From Holophagaceae bacterium (GTDB lineage: Bacteria > Acidobacteriota > Holophagae > Holophagales > Holophagaceae): a stretch of 64,000 nucleotides of DNA. Below the pieces are notes generated by a model, which saw nothing but the letters and a program-made list of their open reading frames with translations, was not told the origin of the DNA and ran no database searches. Of this stretch, positions 40,495 through 50,309 are shown in pieces (the stretch's first letter is position 1; the number at the start of each line of letters is the position of its first letter). Where the stretch lies: contig JBFSVS010000001.1 in NCBI GenBank assembly GCA_041263285.1, positions 18,519 to 82,518 on the forward strand, given 5' to 3'. Both the position numbers and the translations under genes were made by a program.

Positions 40495-43221
40495 TCATTC
40501 AGAAGCAGTGTAAGTAGGATTATTGATTTCCCACACACCTCTTCCATAAGTAGCAATTCGGATGAAAGACTTATCCGGGGCAATATAAATATCTCGGACG
40601 GCCACTAAGGGTAGACCAGCGCCATAGCGAACCCAAGTATTTCCGGAGTCTTCAGAGTAATAAATTCCAAAATCCGTTCCACAGAATAATTTCGTGCCGT
40701 CTCCAGGAATATTCTTGATTACATGAACGGGCACTCCAAAGGGAAGTCCACTCGAGGCACCGCCGATAGCAGACCATGTAGTACCCCCGTTGGTAGATTT
40801 ATATAATTTTGACTGAAGCCCCGTAGCGCCTAGATTACGTGTAACGGATCCGATATACATGATTTGCTCATTCGTAGTGTCAATCCATACCCATGAGTTA
40901 TTTAAGGCCGCATTGGCTGTTCCACCTAATTGAGTCCAGGTGGCGACATTATTTACCGCCCCATCAAGAACCCCAATCGTAGCGGTAATATCTGAATCTC
41001 CAACGTTTCCATCACCATTGACATCAGCCCATTTATTAGCCGTTGCGGTCGATGATCCATGATGTTTCGCCACGACAAGTAAATCTAGCGCATCGACAAC
41101 GGCGTCATTGTTTAATTCAGGAATCCGAGCTTTATAAAAAGTACCATTACCCCCTACGATGACATGCAGAGCCTGATTAGCCTCTGAGGTATGAAAGTTA
41201 CGGATTGCACTATTCGTGGGATACCCTGTCATAGGTAATGCAGTCCAACTCGAACCAAAATTTCCACTTTTATAAAGTACATAATTGGTTTGGGTGTATA
41301 CGGAATCAGGGGCAATAGAATTGCCTAAATGCATTTTGGGGTAAAAAGGTGATGTTGAGTTTGATCCCGATCCTACGATTCCTGTACTTGACGACGAGAA
41401 AGCTGACGTTCCTCCATTTGTACTCTTGTATATGCGCGTGTAATAAAGCGACCCGAGCATGAGGTTTCCATTTTCCGGATGGATCAGCGAGGAAAAACCA
41501 TCTCCACCGATCGTATCTTCGAATATCCCACTATTTTGTAGAGGCCCCGTGCTGCCAAGTAACCCGGTATTAGCCACCGCTTGCCTCACACGGGTTCCGT
41601 TATCTTGAAGGCCAATGACCACTCGGTACTTGGAATCCAAGGGAGTAGTAGCATTGGTCGATCCTAAGTTATAGATGAGATGAGTAGCGAGACCAAAATT
41701 CCGACGATGGTCGACAAAAGTAATGTCGGCGGGAACACTCGTCGTTCCTGTTGCAGAGGGGACAACTGCACGAAAAGGATCACGTAAAATTGCAAACCCT
41801 CCATCAGTTCCAATCAGTAAGATCTGTCCATTCGATGACCACGCCGCCGTATGGTGGTCGGCATGCATATAGACTTTACCTCCCCCGTACCAGTGGGTCA
41901 TCTGCTGCCAGGTCAATCCGCCATCTTGGCTTCGATAGAGGGCTAAATTAGCAGCCACAAATATATTGTTTCCATTATTAGGATCAATAGTAAGGAGTTG
42001 GTTATACCAATCCTGACCTCCGTCAGACGATCCCCCGCTGGCATAGAAAAGACCCGTAGCGCCTGAACCGGTTTGGGCTTGATAGGTAAAACTTGATCCT
42101 CCGTTGGTACTGACGAGTAGCCCTTTTGATATCCCACTTCCTGTCTCAAAAATTCCAACTACTTTTGAGGCTACCGCCGCTAACGTAATTCGAAGTATTG
42201 AACCTGTAACACCCTGGATCGAAGATGAAGCCCAAGTTGAGCCCCCATTGGTTGAGTAAAAAATAGTGCCCGCCGAACCCTTAACGCTACAGACTAAATT
42301 ACTTTCATTGAGTTTTTTTATAGTCCATACTTGTCCCGTAATACCCTCTGTAACTCCAACTGACACAAATGTTAGAGTTGAGGAAGTATTGGATGAACTT
42401 ACCTTAAGACCATCATTGGTTGCCCAAAAAATACGACCATCGTTCATCACAAGAATGTCATAACTTCGAGTTGCTGATCCCAAACCTGTCGCAGCAAACC
42501 AAGTTGCACCGCCATCGATTGATTTATAAAATCCTCGTCCCTCACCATCGACATGGTCTCCTAGCCCCAAGTAAAGAGTGTTCCCATTATTGGGATCAAT
42601 AGCCAAAGCTCCAACAGCTTGATTGCCATCAGAACTAGTGGCGGGAAGGCTATCCGTGATGGATACCCAGGACCAACCTGTCGCGCCCGCAGCGGGGTCT
42701 GCATTTGTGCATTTGAAAACTCCCCCTCCCGAGAAGGCCACATAGAGGGTCGGAGTCGTAGGCCAATTTGGGTGAGGTGCAATACGAGTCACTCGCCCAG
42801 TGTCATGATCAGGCCAAGTGGAATCAATCAGATTACCGAAAGGCCCGATGTTGGTCCACGTCCCTCCACCCAAAGATCCGATAGCACCCCCTAAAAGTGG
42901 ATACGTTAAGGTAGCGGATGATCCTGAAAAAACAGGTACGGGAACTTTAGATCGATATTTGCTGACTTCTTTTTCAGCAATTTTGTTCACAGCGTCGAGA
43001 TACTCTAAAGACGAATTGCCAAACCATTCTAGAGCCCATTTTTGTCTCTCTTCTGCCAAATCATGGCCTTTTAATACATTGGGACCCACTCGAGCGGGCA
43101 AATTCCTTCGCCTCTCCCCTAAACTCCCCAGTTCTTTATTCTGGCTACTATCTTGCGCCGATAGGCCTTGACCAATAAGCACCATCATTATCAGAGTAAA
43201 AAGCTGCTTCATAAAACTCAT
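40495..43221 (-). CDS. Secreted BNR/Asp-box repeat beta-propeller protein (GH74/sortilin-like) with embedded dockerin-like module
   Basis: Signal peptide 'MSFMKQLFTLIMMVLIGQGLSAQ'. Asp-boxes 'SIDGGATW', 'STNGGSTW', 'STNGGSSF', 'SQDGGLTW', 'STNGGTTW', 'SEDSGNTW'. Dockerin-like 'NNDAVVDALDLLVV...ADVNGDGNVGDSDITATIGVL'. The ATG at 43221 follows GGGAGAAG. Confidence 0.75.
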   Translation of the reverse strand: MSFMKQLFTLIMMVLIGQGLSAQDSSQNKELGSLGERRRNLPARVGPNVLKGHDLAEERQKWALEWFGNSSLEYLDAVNKIAEKEVSKYRSKVPVPVFSGSSATLTYPLLGGAIGSLGGGTWTNIGPFGNLIDSTWPDHDTGRVTRIAPHPNWPTTPTLYVAFSGGGVFKCTNADPAAGATGWSWVSITDSLPATSSDGNQAVGALAIDPNNGNTLYLGLGDHVDGEGRGFYKSIDGGATWFAATGLGSATRSYDILVMNDGRIFWATNDGLKVSSSNTSSTLTFVSVGVTEGITGQVWTIKKLNESNLVCSVKGSAGTIFYSTNGGSTWASSSIQGVTGSILRITLAAVASKVVGIFETGSGISKGLLVSTNGGSSFTYQAQTGSGATGLFYASGGSSDGGQDWYNQLLTIDPNNGNNIFVAANLALYRSQDGGLTWQQMTHWYGGGKVYMHADHHTAAWSSNGQILLIGTDGGFAILRDPFRAVVPSATGTTSVPADITFVDHRRNFGLATHLIYNLGSTNATTPLDSKYRVVIGLQDNGTRVRQAVANTGLLGSTGPLQNSGIFEDTIGGDGFSSLIHPENGNLMLGSLYYTRIYKSTNGGTSAFSSSSTGIVGSGSNSTSPFYPKMHLGNSIAPDSVYTQTNYVLYKSGNFGSSWTALPMTGYPTNSAIRNFHTSEANQALHVIVGGNGTFYKARIPELNNDAVVDALDLLVVAKHHGSSTATANKWADVNGDGNVGDSDITATIGVLDGAVNNVATWTQLGGTANAALNNSWVWIDTTNEQIMYIGSVTRNLGATGLQSKLYKSTNGGTTWSAIGGASSGLPFGVPVHVIKNIPGDGTKLFCGTDFGIYYSEDSGNTWVRYGAGLPLVAVRDIYIAPDKSFIRIATYGRGVWEINNPTYTASE

Positions 43222-43359
43222 GCTTACTTCTCCCATGAACGCATGGATAGATTCTAATACTTTTAGGCTCTAGCCCTGAGTAAAGTCTTGCTGGCCTTAT
43301 AAAAGATTCCTATTTGACCCTTAGGTCATATGCCTTTAGCCTTGAGGGTTAGGTAGCCC

Positions 43360-45078
43360 GTGACCCCACTTCGTCCCGATAATCCATTGATCGTCCAAAG
43401 TGACCGCACTTTGTTAGTCGAGGTTGCTCATCCAGAATTCGAGCGAGTGCGAGATGAGATCTCTCGTTTTTCCGAATTGATCAAGAGTCCTGAACACATT
43501 CACACTTACCGCATCAGTCCCCTGAGTCTCTGGAATGCCTCAGCCTCCGGCATCCTCGAAGAGACGATTATCGAAATTCTACTAATGTGGTCTAAATACG
43601 AAATTCCACAAAATATCATTCAAGAAATTAAAGACCATTCCACACGATACGGAAAAATTAAATTAATCAAAAAAAATGATCGCTTAGCGCTAGATATTGA
43701 AGATCGGGGACTATTTTGGGAAATTTCTAATCAAAAAACACTCCAAGACTTTCTTCAGGAGCCTTTTGCAGATCAGAAAGGGATATACATTCGTGACGGA
43801 TCCAGAGGAGAAATTAAGCTACAACTCATTCGATTGGGTCATCCCGTTCAAGATTTAGCCGGCTTTAAAGAAGGCCATCCCCTATCTTTTGAATTGAGAT
43901 CCCATCTTAAGGAGAGTAAGAAACCCTTTGCCTTGAGAAAATATCAACAAGCTGCAGCCGATGTTTTTCATGCAGGAGGCGGTCCTGAGGGGGGTGCAGG
44001 TGTCTTGGTTCTTCCCTGTGGCGCAGGTAAAACAGTGATCGGGATGGCCTGCATGCGGGGTTTACAGACGCATACGTTGATCTTAACAACCAATGTGACA
44101 GCCGTGAAGCAATGGAAACAAGAATTACTAGATAAAACAACTTTGGCCTCAGATCAAATTGGTCTTTATAGCGGTGAAGGTAAAGAAATAGCCCCTGTGA
44201 CAATTGCAACGTATCAAATATTGACTTATCGCAAAGATAAAAATGGACCCTTTGACCACTTCAAAATCTTTGAGGCTTCTAACTGGGGACTCATTATCTA
44301 CGACGAAGTTCACATGCTCCCCGCTCCTGTTTTTAGAGCGGTTGCAGAACTGCAAGCCCGTCGTCGACTTGGTTTAACGGCAACATTAGTCCGCGAAGAT
44401 AACAAAGAAGAGGATGTCTTTTCCTTGATTGGCCCTAAGCGTGTCGATGTCCCATGGAAAGTGCTAGAAAAGGATGGGTTTATTGCCACGGCTCAGTGCC
44501 TTGAAATAAGAATTCCACTCCCGCATGAAGAGAGGATGAATTATGCCGTTTCTGATCAGCGTCAACGCTTCCGAATTGCTTCTGAGAATTCTCTTAAAAT
44601 ATCTGTGATCGCTGAAATTTTAGCACTCCATCCTCAGGATTCCATTTTAATTATTGGTCAATACATTGAACAACTTAAAATCATTTCAGAATATTTTCAA
44701 TCTCCGGTCCTCATGGGTCAGACACCGGAGAAAGAACGGGAGCGACTCTTTAATCTCTTCAGAAGGGGAGAATTAAAAATACTGATTGTCAGTAAGGTGG
44801 CTAATTTTGCAATTGATTTACCTGATGCAAGTGTCGCAATCCAGGTTTCCGGCACCTTTGGCTCAAGACAAGAAGAAGCCCAACGCTTAGGGCGCATTCT
44901 TCGACCCAAAGATTCCGACAACGTCAGTTACTTCTACACGTTGATTAGCCGAGATACTACCGAACAAGAGTTTGCCCGCAATCGACAACTTTTTCTTACC
45001 GAGCAAGGCTATAAATACCAAATTCAGAGTCGCCATTTAGACAGTCAAGGTAAACTCACCCCTGTCGCTGAATCCTAA
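43360..45078 (+). CDS. XPB/Rad25 (ERCC3)-type SF2 DNA helicase
   Basis: Walker A 'LPCGAGKT', 'IYDEVHMLP' (DEVH box), 'GLTATLVRED', 'QEEAQRLGRILR' (motif VI). N-terminal XPB-type domain. GTG start. Confidence 0.85.
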   Translation: MTPLRPDNPLIVQSDRTLLVEVAHPEFERVRDEISRFSELIKSPEHIHTYRISPLSLWNASASGILEETIIEILLMWSKYEIPQNIIQEIKDHSTRYGKIKLIKKNDRLALDIEDRGLFWEISNQKTLQDFLQEPFADQKGIYIRDGSRGEIKLQLIRLGHPVQDLAGFKEGHPLSFELRSHLKESKKPFALRKYQQAAADVFHAGGGPEGGAGVLVLPCGAGKTVIGMACMRGLQTHTLILTTNVTAVKQWKQELLDKTTLASDQIGLYSGEGKEIAPVTIATYQILTYRKDKNGPFDHFKIFEASNWGLIIYDEVHMLPAPVFRAVAELQARRRLGLTATLVREDNKEEDVFSLIGPKRVDVPWKVLEKDGFIATAQCLEIRIPLPHEERMNYAVSDQRQRFRIASENSLKISVIAEILALHPQDSILIIGQYIEQLKIISEYFQSPVLMGQTPEKERERLFNLFRRGELKILIVSKVANFAIDLPDASVAIQVSGTFGSRQEEAQRLGRILRPKDSDNVSYFYTLISRDTTEQEFARNRQLFLTEQGYKYQIQSRHLDSQGKLTPVAES

Positions 45079-45090
45079 CCCTATTTTTGT

Positions 45091-45660
45091 TTAGTCAATA
45101 AAAAACTGATGCATCACGATTAGTGAAGGTTTAGTTAGTAAAGCCGTAGCTATACCTGCTAAGACATCATCCATCATAATGCCCGATGACCCCCCTAACT
45201 TTTGAGCCCTACCGATTGGTCCAGGCTTCCAAATATCTAATAGACGAAAAAGACAAAAGGGAAGGGCGCATCGCAAGAACTGTTCTTGCCAAGATGCAAA
45301 GGGATCTCTCGCGATCACTGAAGCGAGAGGCATCAGCGCAATCCACATCCCAACCCATTCATCAATGACGATATAGGGGGGATCTTTTTTTTCAAGTTCG
45401 AACTGAATCCGCTTAATACTACCGGAGCCGATCCACCAGAGTAAAAAAGGGCCCAGAAAAACAAACACAGCTAGGGGTTTTCTCAGGTTCAGCAGAAGCC
45501 CAAGAATGACGATGCCAATCCAAGCTGTGAGAGCAGCTAAACTCCCCCATGTACCGGGAGCAAAAGGGAGAAGGCCTGAACCGAACCCCGTGGCGATAAC
45601 CCAAGAGCTTCGATGAGTTAAGACTTGGGGCTCAGGACCGACTTCGGTAATTTTTTTCAT
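45091..45660 (-). CDS. pgpA: Phosphatidylglycerophosphatase A
   Basis: 'GFGSGLLPFAPGTWGSLAA', 'IDEWVGMW', 'DIWKP', 'GIMMDDVLAG'. Confidence 0.85.
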   Translation of the reverse strand: MKKITEVGPEPQVLTHRSSWVIATGFGSGLLPFAPGTWGSLAALTAWIGIVILGLLLNLRKPLAVFVFLGPFLLWWIGSGSIKRIQFELEKKDPPYIVIDEWVGMWIALMPLASVIARDPFASWQEQFLRCALPFCLFRLLDIWKPGPIGRAQKLGGSSGIMMDDVLAGIATALLTKPSLIVMHQFFID

Positions 45661-47002
45661 AATTGTCTATGGTTGACTCTAATCCACCCTCCTGGATCTC
45701 GCCAACTAAATCATAGGCATGAGCCTCAATAATTTTGACCCATTGGAAGGTTTGGGGTTGGGGATTGCCATCAACAATGAGGACATTTCCATCAATATCA
45801 GGGGATTGACCCTCATGCCGACCCTTGAAGATCATAGGAGTTTCTTCATGGGTTCCTTCAATAAAAACCTTGAGAGTTTTTCCGACTTTAAGCTGGTTTT
45901 TTGATCGTGCAATATCTTGTTGAAGACTCAGGATCTGATTTTTTCTTCGTATCTTTTCCGATAAAGGAATAGAGTCACCTAAAACAAAAGCAGGAGTCCC
46001 CTCTTCTTGACTATAGGTAAATACTCCCACATGATCAAACTGTACCGATGATATGAAAGATTTCAATTCATCGAAATCCGATTCAGTTTCTCCCGGAAAT
46101 CCCACAATAAAATTAGACCTCAAGTGGATTTGAGGACAAGCTTCTCTAATCTTATGAATTAAATGATCAAAGCTTTTTGCTGACCCCCCTCGAGCCATCT
46201 TTTTTAAAAGATGGCTGCTAGCATGCTGGAGAGGCATGTCCAAGTATTTGGCGCAGTTGGGAGTTTCGGCAATTGCACGAATCATGCCGTCGGATAAACG
46301 ATTGGGATAGGCGTAGTGAATTCGAAACCATTGAAGTCCCTCTACTTTCCCCAACTCCCGTATCAAAGTTGCCAAGGCTTCGGGCTCTCCAAAATCTCGC
46401 CCATAGTCAGTTGTATCTTGGGCAACCAAGCAAATTTCCAAGATACCTTGATTGACTAGTTGCCGAGCTTCGGCGACAACACTTTCAACCGATCGACTGC
46501 GTTGTCCACCTCGGATCGTAGGAATGATACAAAAGGCACAACTATGATCGCAGCCCTCACTGATTTTTAGATAAGCCGTGGCTTTGGGTGTGGTCACCCA
46601 GCGAGGTGAATACTCGTCATATAGATACGAGGGATTCCGATCCAATTCTTCCCATCCAGAACCTCCAATGACTTCTGCAATCTTTTCGATATCTCGGGTA
46701 CCCAAACATGCGTCAATTTCTGGAATATCTTTCAAGAGAGTTTCCCGATAGCGCTCCACCATACAACCGGCCACAATTAATCGCTCACACGCCCCTTCCT
46801 TCTTCATAGATGCCGCCTCAAATATGGTGTCTAAACTCTCGCGTTTTGCATCCTCAATAAAACTACATGTATTCACGACAATAATTTTCGCTTCGTTCAT
46901 CTTTGGTGTGATCTGATACCCCTTTAGCCTCAAGTGACCAAGCATAACTTCGCTATCTACAAGATTCTTCGGGCAACCTAAACTGACAAATCCAACTTTC
47001 AC
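45632..47002 (-). CDS. rimO: Ribosomal protein S12 methylthiotransferase RimO (radical SAM)
   Basis: 'VGFVSLGCPKNLVDSE', 'NTCSFI', radical-SAM 'CDHSCAFCIIP', C-terminal TRAM domain. The 3' end overlaps the pgpA start by 29 nt. Confidence 0.9.
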   Translation of the reverse strand: MKVGFVSLGCPKNLVDSEVMLGHLRLKGYQITPKMNEAKIIVVNTCSFIEDAKRESLDTIFEAASMKKEGACERLIVAGCMVERYRETLLKDIPEIDACLGTRDIEKIAEVIGGSGWEELDRNPSYLYDEYSPRWVTTPKATAYLKISEGCDHSCAFCIIPTIRGGQRSRSVESVVAEARQLVNQGILEICLVAQDTTDYGRDFGEPEALATLIRELGKVEGLQWFRIHYAYPNRLSDGMIRAIAETPNCAKYLDMPLQHASSHLLKKMARGGSAKSFDHLIHKIREACPQIHLRSNFIVGFPGETESDFDELKSFISSVQFDHVGVFTYSQEEGTPAFVLGDSIPLSEKIRRKNQILSLQQDIARSKNQLKVGKTLKVFIEGTHEETPMIFKGRHEGQSPDIDGNVLIVDGNPQPQTFQWVKIIEAHAYDLVGEIQEGGLESTIDNYEKNYRSRS

Positions 47003-47114
47003 AGAGGCTCCAATCTATTAGGCTACCTTGACTTTGAGGTCGTTAGGACTATCGCCTACATTCACAGAATGTACTGTTCTAGGTCAAACTAATTAAAGTT
47101 CTTGGAGGATTCTT

Positions 47115-48587
47115 TTGTCTAGTTCTGTAGTGACACGTTTCGCGCCCTCTCCGACCGGGATGCTTCATATCGGGGGCGTCCGCACGGCACTTTTTGCATG
47201 GCTCTTCGCAAAAAAGCACTCGGGAAAATTCATCCTAAGAATTGAAGATACGGACACCGATCGATCGACGGAAGACAATATTCGTATTATTGAGGAGGGT
47301 ATGCTCTGGTCGGGCTTGATTTGGGATGAAGGCCCCGACCCAAAGCAACCAGGGGCTTGGCTAGGCGACCAGGGTCCTTATCGTCAGATTCTTCGCATGA
47401 ATCTTTATAAATCAAAAATTACTGAACTGCTCGACCAAGGAAAAGCCTATCGCTGCCGCTGTACCAAAGAATCTCTAGAGGATCGACGTAAAGCATCCGA
47501 TCGTGCAGGCAAACCTTTTCAATACAACCGAGGTATCGATTTTGGTCGAGGCTGTCGCGACCTCCGTTACGATGATTCGGCTCCGAGTTCTATTCGATTT
47601 GCGATGCCCCTTGATGGAGATATTCTTTTGCACGATGCTATCAAAGGCACGATTAGGTTTCCTTCAGAAAGCCTAGACGATTGGATTATTGCCCGCTGGT
47701 CAGAACCTGGTGACATCGGAGTGCCTACTTATAATTTTTCTGTCGTGGTTGATGACGTTGCCATGAAAGTTTCCCATGTTATTCGGGGTGATGATCATGT
47801 GGCTAATACACCGAAACAGATCCCCCTTTTTGAAGCCCTCGGCTATACCCTTCCGGTGTTTGCCCATGTGCCGATGATTCTAGGCAAAGATAAACAAAAA
47901 CTAAGTAAACGTCATGGAGCTGCCAGTATTACGGAATTTAAGGATCTAGGCTTTTTACCCCAGGCCGTTCGGTTGACCCTTGCCAAGTTAAGTTGGACTC
48001 CTAAAATCGATGGAAGAGTAGCCGAATCTGCCGAAGAAGAAATTCTTACTGATGCTCAGTTAATCGCATCCTTTAATTTAGAGGACATTCAAACGAGCCC
48101 TTCGGTTTTTGATATTGATAAGCTGTATTGGATCAATCAAAAACTAATCATGAATTCTACGAATGAGTTCTTGATTCAGGCCCTCAATCCTTTCATGCCT
48201 CCCTCGTGGTCTTCACGCGAAAAGAAATGGCAAGAGTTAGCTGTGAGTTGTACCAAGGAGCGATCACGTACCTTGAAAGAAATGGCTGAGTCCTTATCTT
48301 TTTGTTGGGAAGCCCCACAAGTCTTCGACGAAAAATTGATTCTTAAACACTTGTCTGAATCCCACCGGCAAGCACTCCGAAGTGTGAGTGCTCTCAATAA
48401 TTGGACCACGGAGGGACTCCGAGAGGGTCTTGATCAAGTGCTCCTTCAACATCAAATGAAATTGAAAGATTTAGCCCAAGCCCTTCGGGTCGCCTTGACG
48501 GGGGGGACCATCAGTCCGCCGATCCATGAGACGTTATTGCTGCTTGGCCCTGAAGAAATTAAACGCCGATTACTTCGATGGATCTAG
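47115..48587 (+). CDS. gltX: Glutamate--tRNA ligase
   Basis: 'RFAPSPTGMLHIGGVRTALF' (HIGH), 'KLSKRHG' (KMSKS). TTG start. Confidence 0.95.
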   Translation: MSSSVVTRFAPSPTGMLHIGGVRTALFAWLFAKKHSGKFILRIEDTDTDRSTEDNIRIIEEGMLWSGLIWDEGPDPKQPGAWLGDQGPYRQILRMNLYKSKITELLDQGKAYRCRCTKESLEDRRKASDRAGKPFQYNRGIDFGRGCRDLRYDDSAPSSIRFAMPLDGDILLHDAIKGTIRFPSESLDDWIIARWSEPGDIGVPTYNFSVVVDDVAMKVSHVIRGDDHVANTPKQIPLFEALGYTLPVFAHVPMILGKDKQKLSKRHGAASITEFKDLGFLPQAVRLTLAKLSWTPKIDGRVAESAEEEILTDAQLIASFNLEDIQTSPSVFDIDKLYWINQKLIMNSTNEFLIQALNPFMPPSWSSREKKWQELAVSCTKERSRTLKEMAESLSFCWEAPQVFDEKLILKHLSESHRQALRSVSALNNWTTEGLREGLDQVLLQHQMKLKDLAQALRVALTGGTISPPIHETLLLLGPEEIKRRLLRWI

Positions 48588-48678
48588 CGCCTTGTCTCTA
48601 GCCATCTTTTTGCCAAAGTGGTAACTTGAAGAATTGAATTTTCTTTATTAATAGGCTTGGGTTGGGAGAATCACTTCT

Positions 48679-49731
48679 TTGATCTTTAGTATTTTGTCTC
48701 TTACTCCCGAGCTCTCATGGATGCTCATTAAGGTATTAGTGTGCATTGGATTCCTTATGCTTCTGGCTCCTCCTTTGACGTGGGTCGAGCGGAGAGGAAG
48801 CGCCATGATTCAAGACCGAATCGGCCCTAATCGTGCAGCCCTTTTCGGAAAGATAAAAATATTAGGGTTGGCTCATGTCCTAGCAGATGGGCTCAAATTC
48901 TTCTTTAAGGAAGATCTTATCCCCAAAGATGCTAACCGTTCCCTTTTCTGGATCGCTCCTGCACTTGCTTTTATTCCCGCTCTTCTTGGCTTTGCGGTCA
49001 TTCCGGTGGGACGCAGTTTTCAAGTGGAAGGTGTCACTTATCATCTGAGTCTCATTGATCCTAATAATGGGATGGGCCTTTTGTATCCGTTGGCAATCGG
49101 AGGACTCGCAGTCTATGGCGTCTTGGTCGCTGCTTGGAGTAGTAATAACAAGTGGTCAATTCTTGGTGGAATGAGGGCTAGTGCCCAAATGGTTAGTTAC
49201 GAACTAGGCCTAGGGCTATCAGTTTTAGCTCTCTTTGTGGCCGTTGGGGGATACGATCCGCATGAAGTGATCCTCGATCAAGTTGAGCACGGGTGGTTCT
49301 TATGGAGGCAACCCATAGGTTTTTTAGTTTTCTTTGTTTGCCAGTTTGCTGAAACCAATCGACTGCCTTTCGATTTTGCTGAAGGCGAATCTGAAATCGT
49401 GGCAGGCTTTCATACTGAGTTCGGTTCGATGAAGTTTGGCCTCATGGGATTAACCGAATATATTCATATCATTGTCGCTTCAGCCCTTATTGTGACCCTT
49501 TATCTTGGTGGTTGGAGCATTCCATTTAATGGGGATGGTGACCGTTGGCCCGTATTGGTAACCGTGGCTTCCTTTTTGGTAAAACTTTTATTTATGTGCT
49601 GGGTCTTTGTCTGGGTTCGATGGACTCTGCCAAGATTTAGGTATGACCAGTTGATGTACCTTGGCTGGAGAATCATGTTTCCCCTCAGCCTACTCAATTT
49701 AGTTTTGAATGCTTGGTGGATTACGAGGTAA
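48679..49731 (+). CDS. nuoH: NADH-quinone oxidoreductase subunit H
   Basis: 'WVERRGSAMIQDRIGPNR', 'ETNRLPFDFAEGESEIVAGFHTEF'. TTG start, so the exact start is uncertain. Confidence 0.9.
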   Translation: MIFSILSLTPELSWMLIKVLVCIGFLMLLAPPLTWVERRGSAMIQDRIGPNRAALFGKIKILGLAHVLADGLKFFFKEDLIPKDANRSLFWIAPALAFIPALLGFAVIPVGRSFQVEGVTYHLSLIDPNNGMGLLYPLAIGGLAVYGVLVAAWSSNNKWSILGGMRASAQMVSYELGLGLSVLALFVAVGGYDPHEVILDQVEHGWFLWRQPIGFLVFFVCQFAETNRLPFDFAEGESEIVAGFHTEFGSMKFGLMGLTEYIHIIVASALIVTLYLGGWSIPFNGDGDRWPVLVTVASFLVKLLFMCWVFVWVRWTLPRFRYDQLMYLGWRIMFPLSLLNLVLNAWWITR

Positions 49732-49737
49732 AACACG

Positions 49738-50307
49738 GTGGCGACTTTAGTGAAAAAAATACAACTTTCTTGGTGGGACCGCCTTTATTTCCCTTCGGTC
49801 CTAAAGGGAATGTGGATTACGTGGGGTCACTTTATTCGTCAGATCTTAACCCCTACCTCTAAGCGGTTCACGATTCAGTATCCCGAAATGAAGAAAGAGA
49901 TGCCCGAGGGATATCGAGGTCTGCATGAATTAAAACAGTTTGAAGATGGATCGATCAAATGTGTCGCTTGTTTTATGTGTCAAGAAGCCTGTCCCGCCCG
50001 ATGTATCACCATTGAAGCAGAAGAATTCAGTGATTTGAATTTCACCCAAGGATTTGAAGAAAAGCGCCCCAAGGTATTCAAGATCGATATGTTGCGATGT
50101 ATTTATTGCGGGATGTGTGAAGAAGCGTGTCCTAAGGATGCCATTTGGCTCCGAAAAGACTACGAGTTAGCTGCTTATGATCGACTTTCTCTCAACTACG
50201 GTAAGTGGGATCTCATGAATACCTACGCTGATACGGATGGGAAACCGATTCAGACAGAATCCAGCGAATTACCCCCCTCTCCACCGCGCAACTTTGTCAC
50301 GATGTAA
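49738..50307 (+). CDS. nuoI: NADH-quinone oxidoreductase subunit I (2x[4Fe-4S])
   Basis: 'CVACFMCQEACP' and 'CIYCGMCEEACP'. Confidence 0.9.
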   Translation: MATLVKKIQLSWWDRLYFPSVLKGMWITWGHFIRQILTPTSKRFTIQYPEMKKEMPEGYRGLHELKQFEDGSIKCVACFMCQEACPARCITIEAEEFSDLNFTQGFEEKRPKVFKIDMLRCIYCGMCEEACPKDAIWLRKDYELAAYDRLSLNYGKWDLMNTYADTDGKPIQTESSELPPSPPRNFVTM

Positions 50308-50309
50308 TC

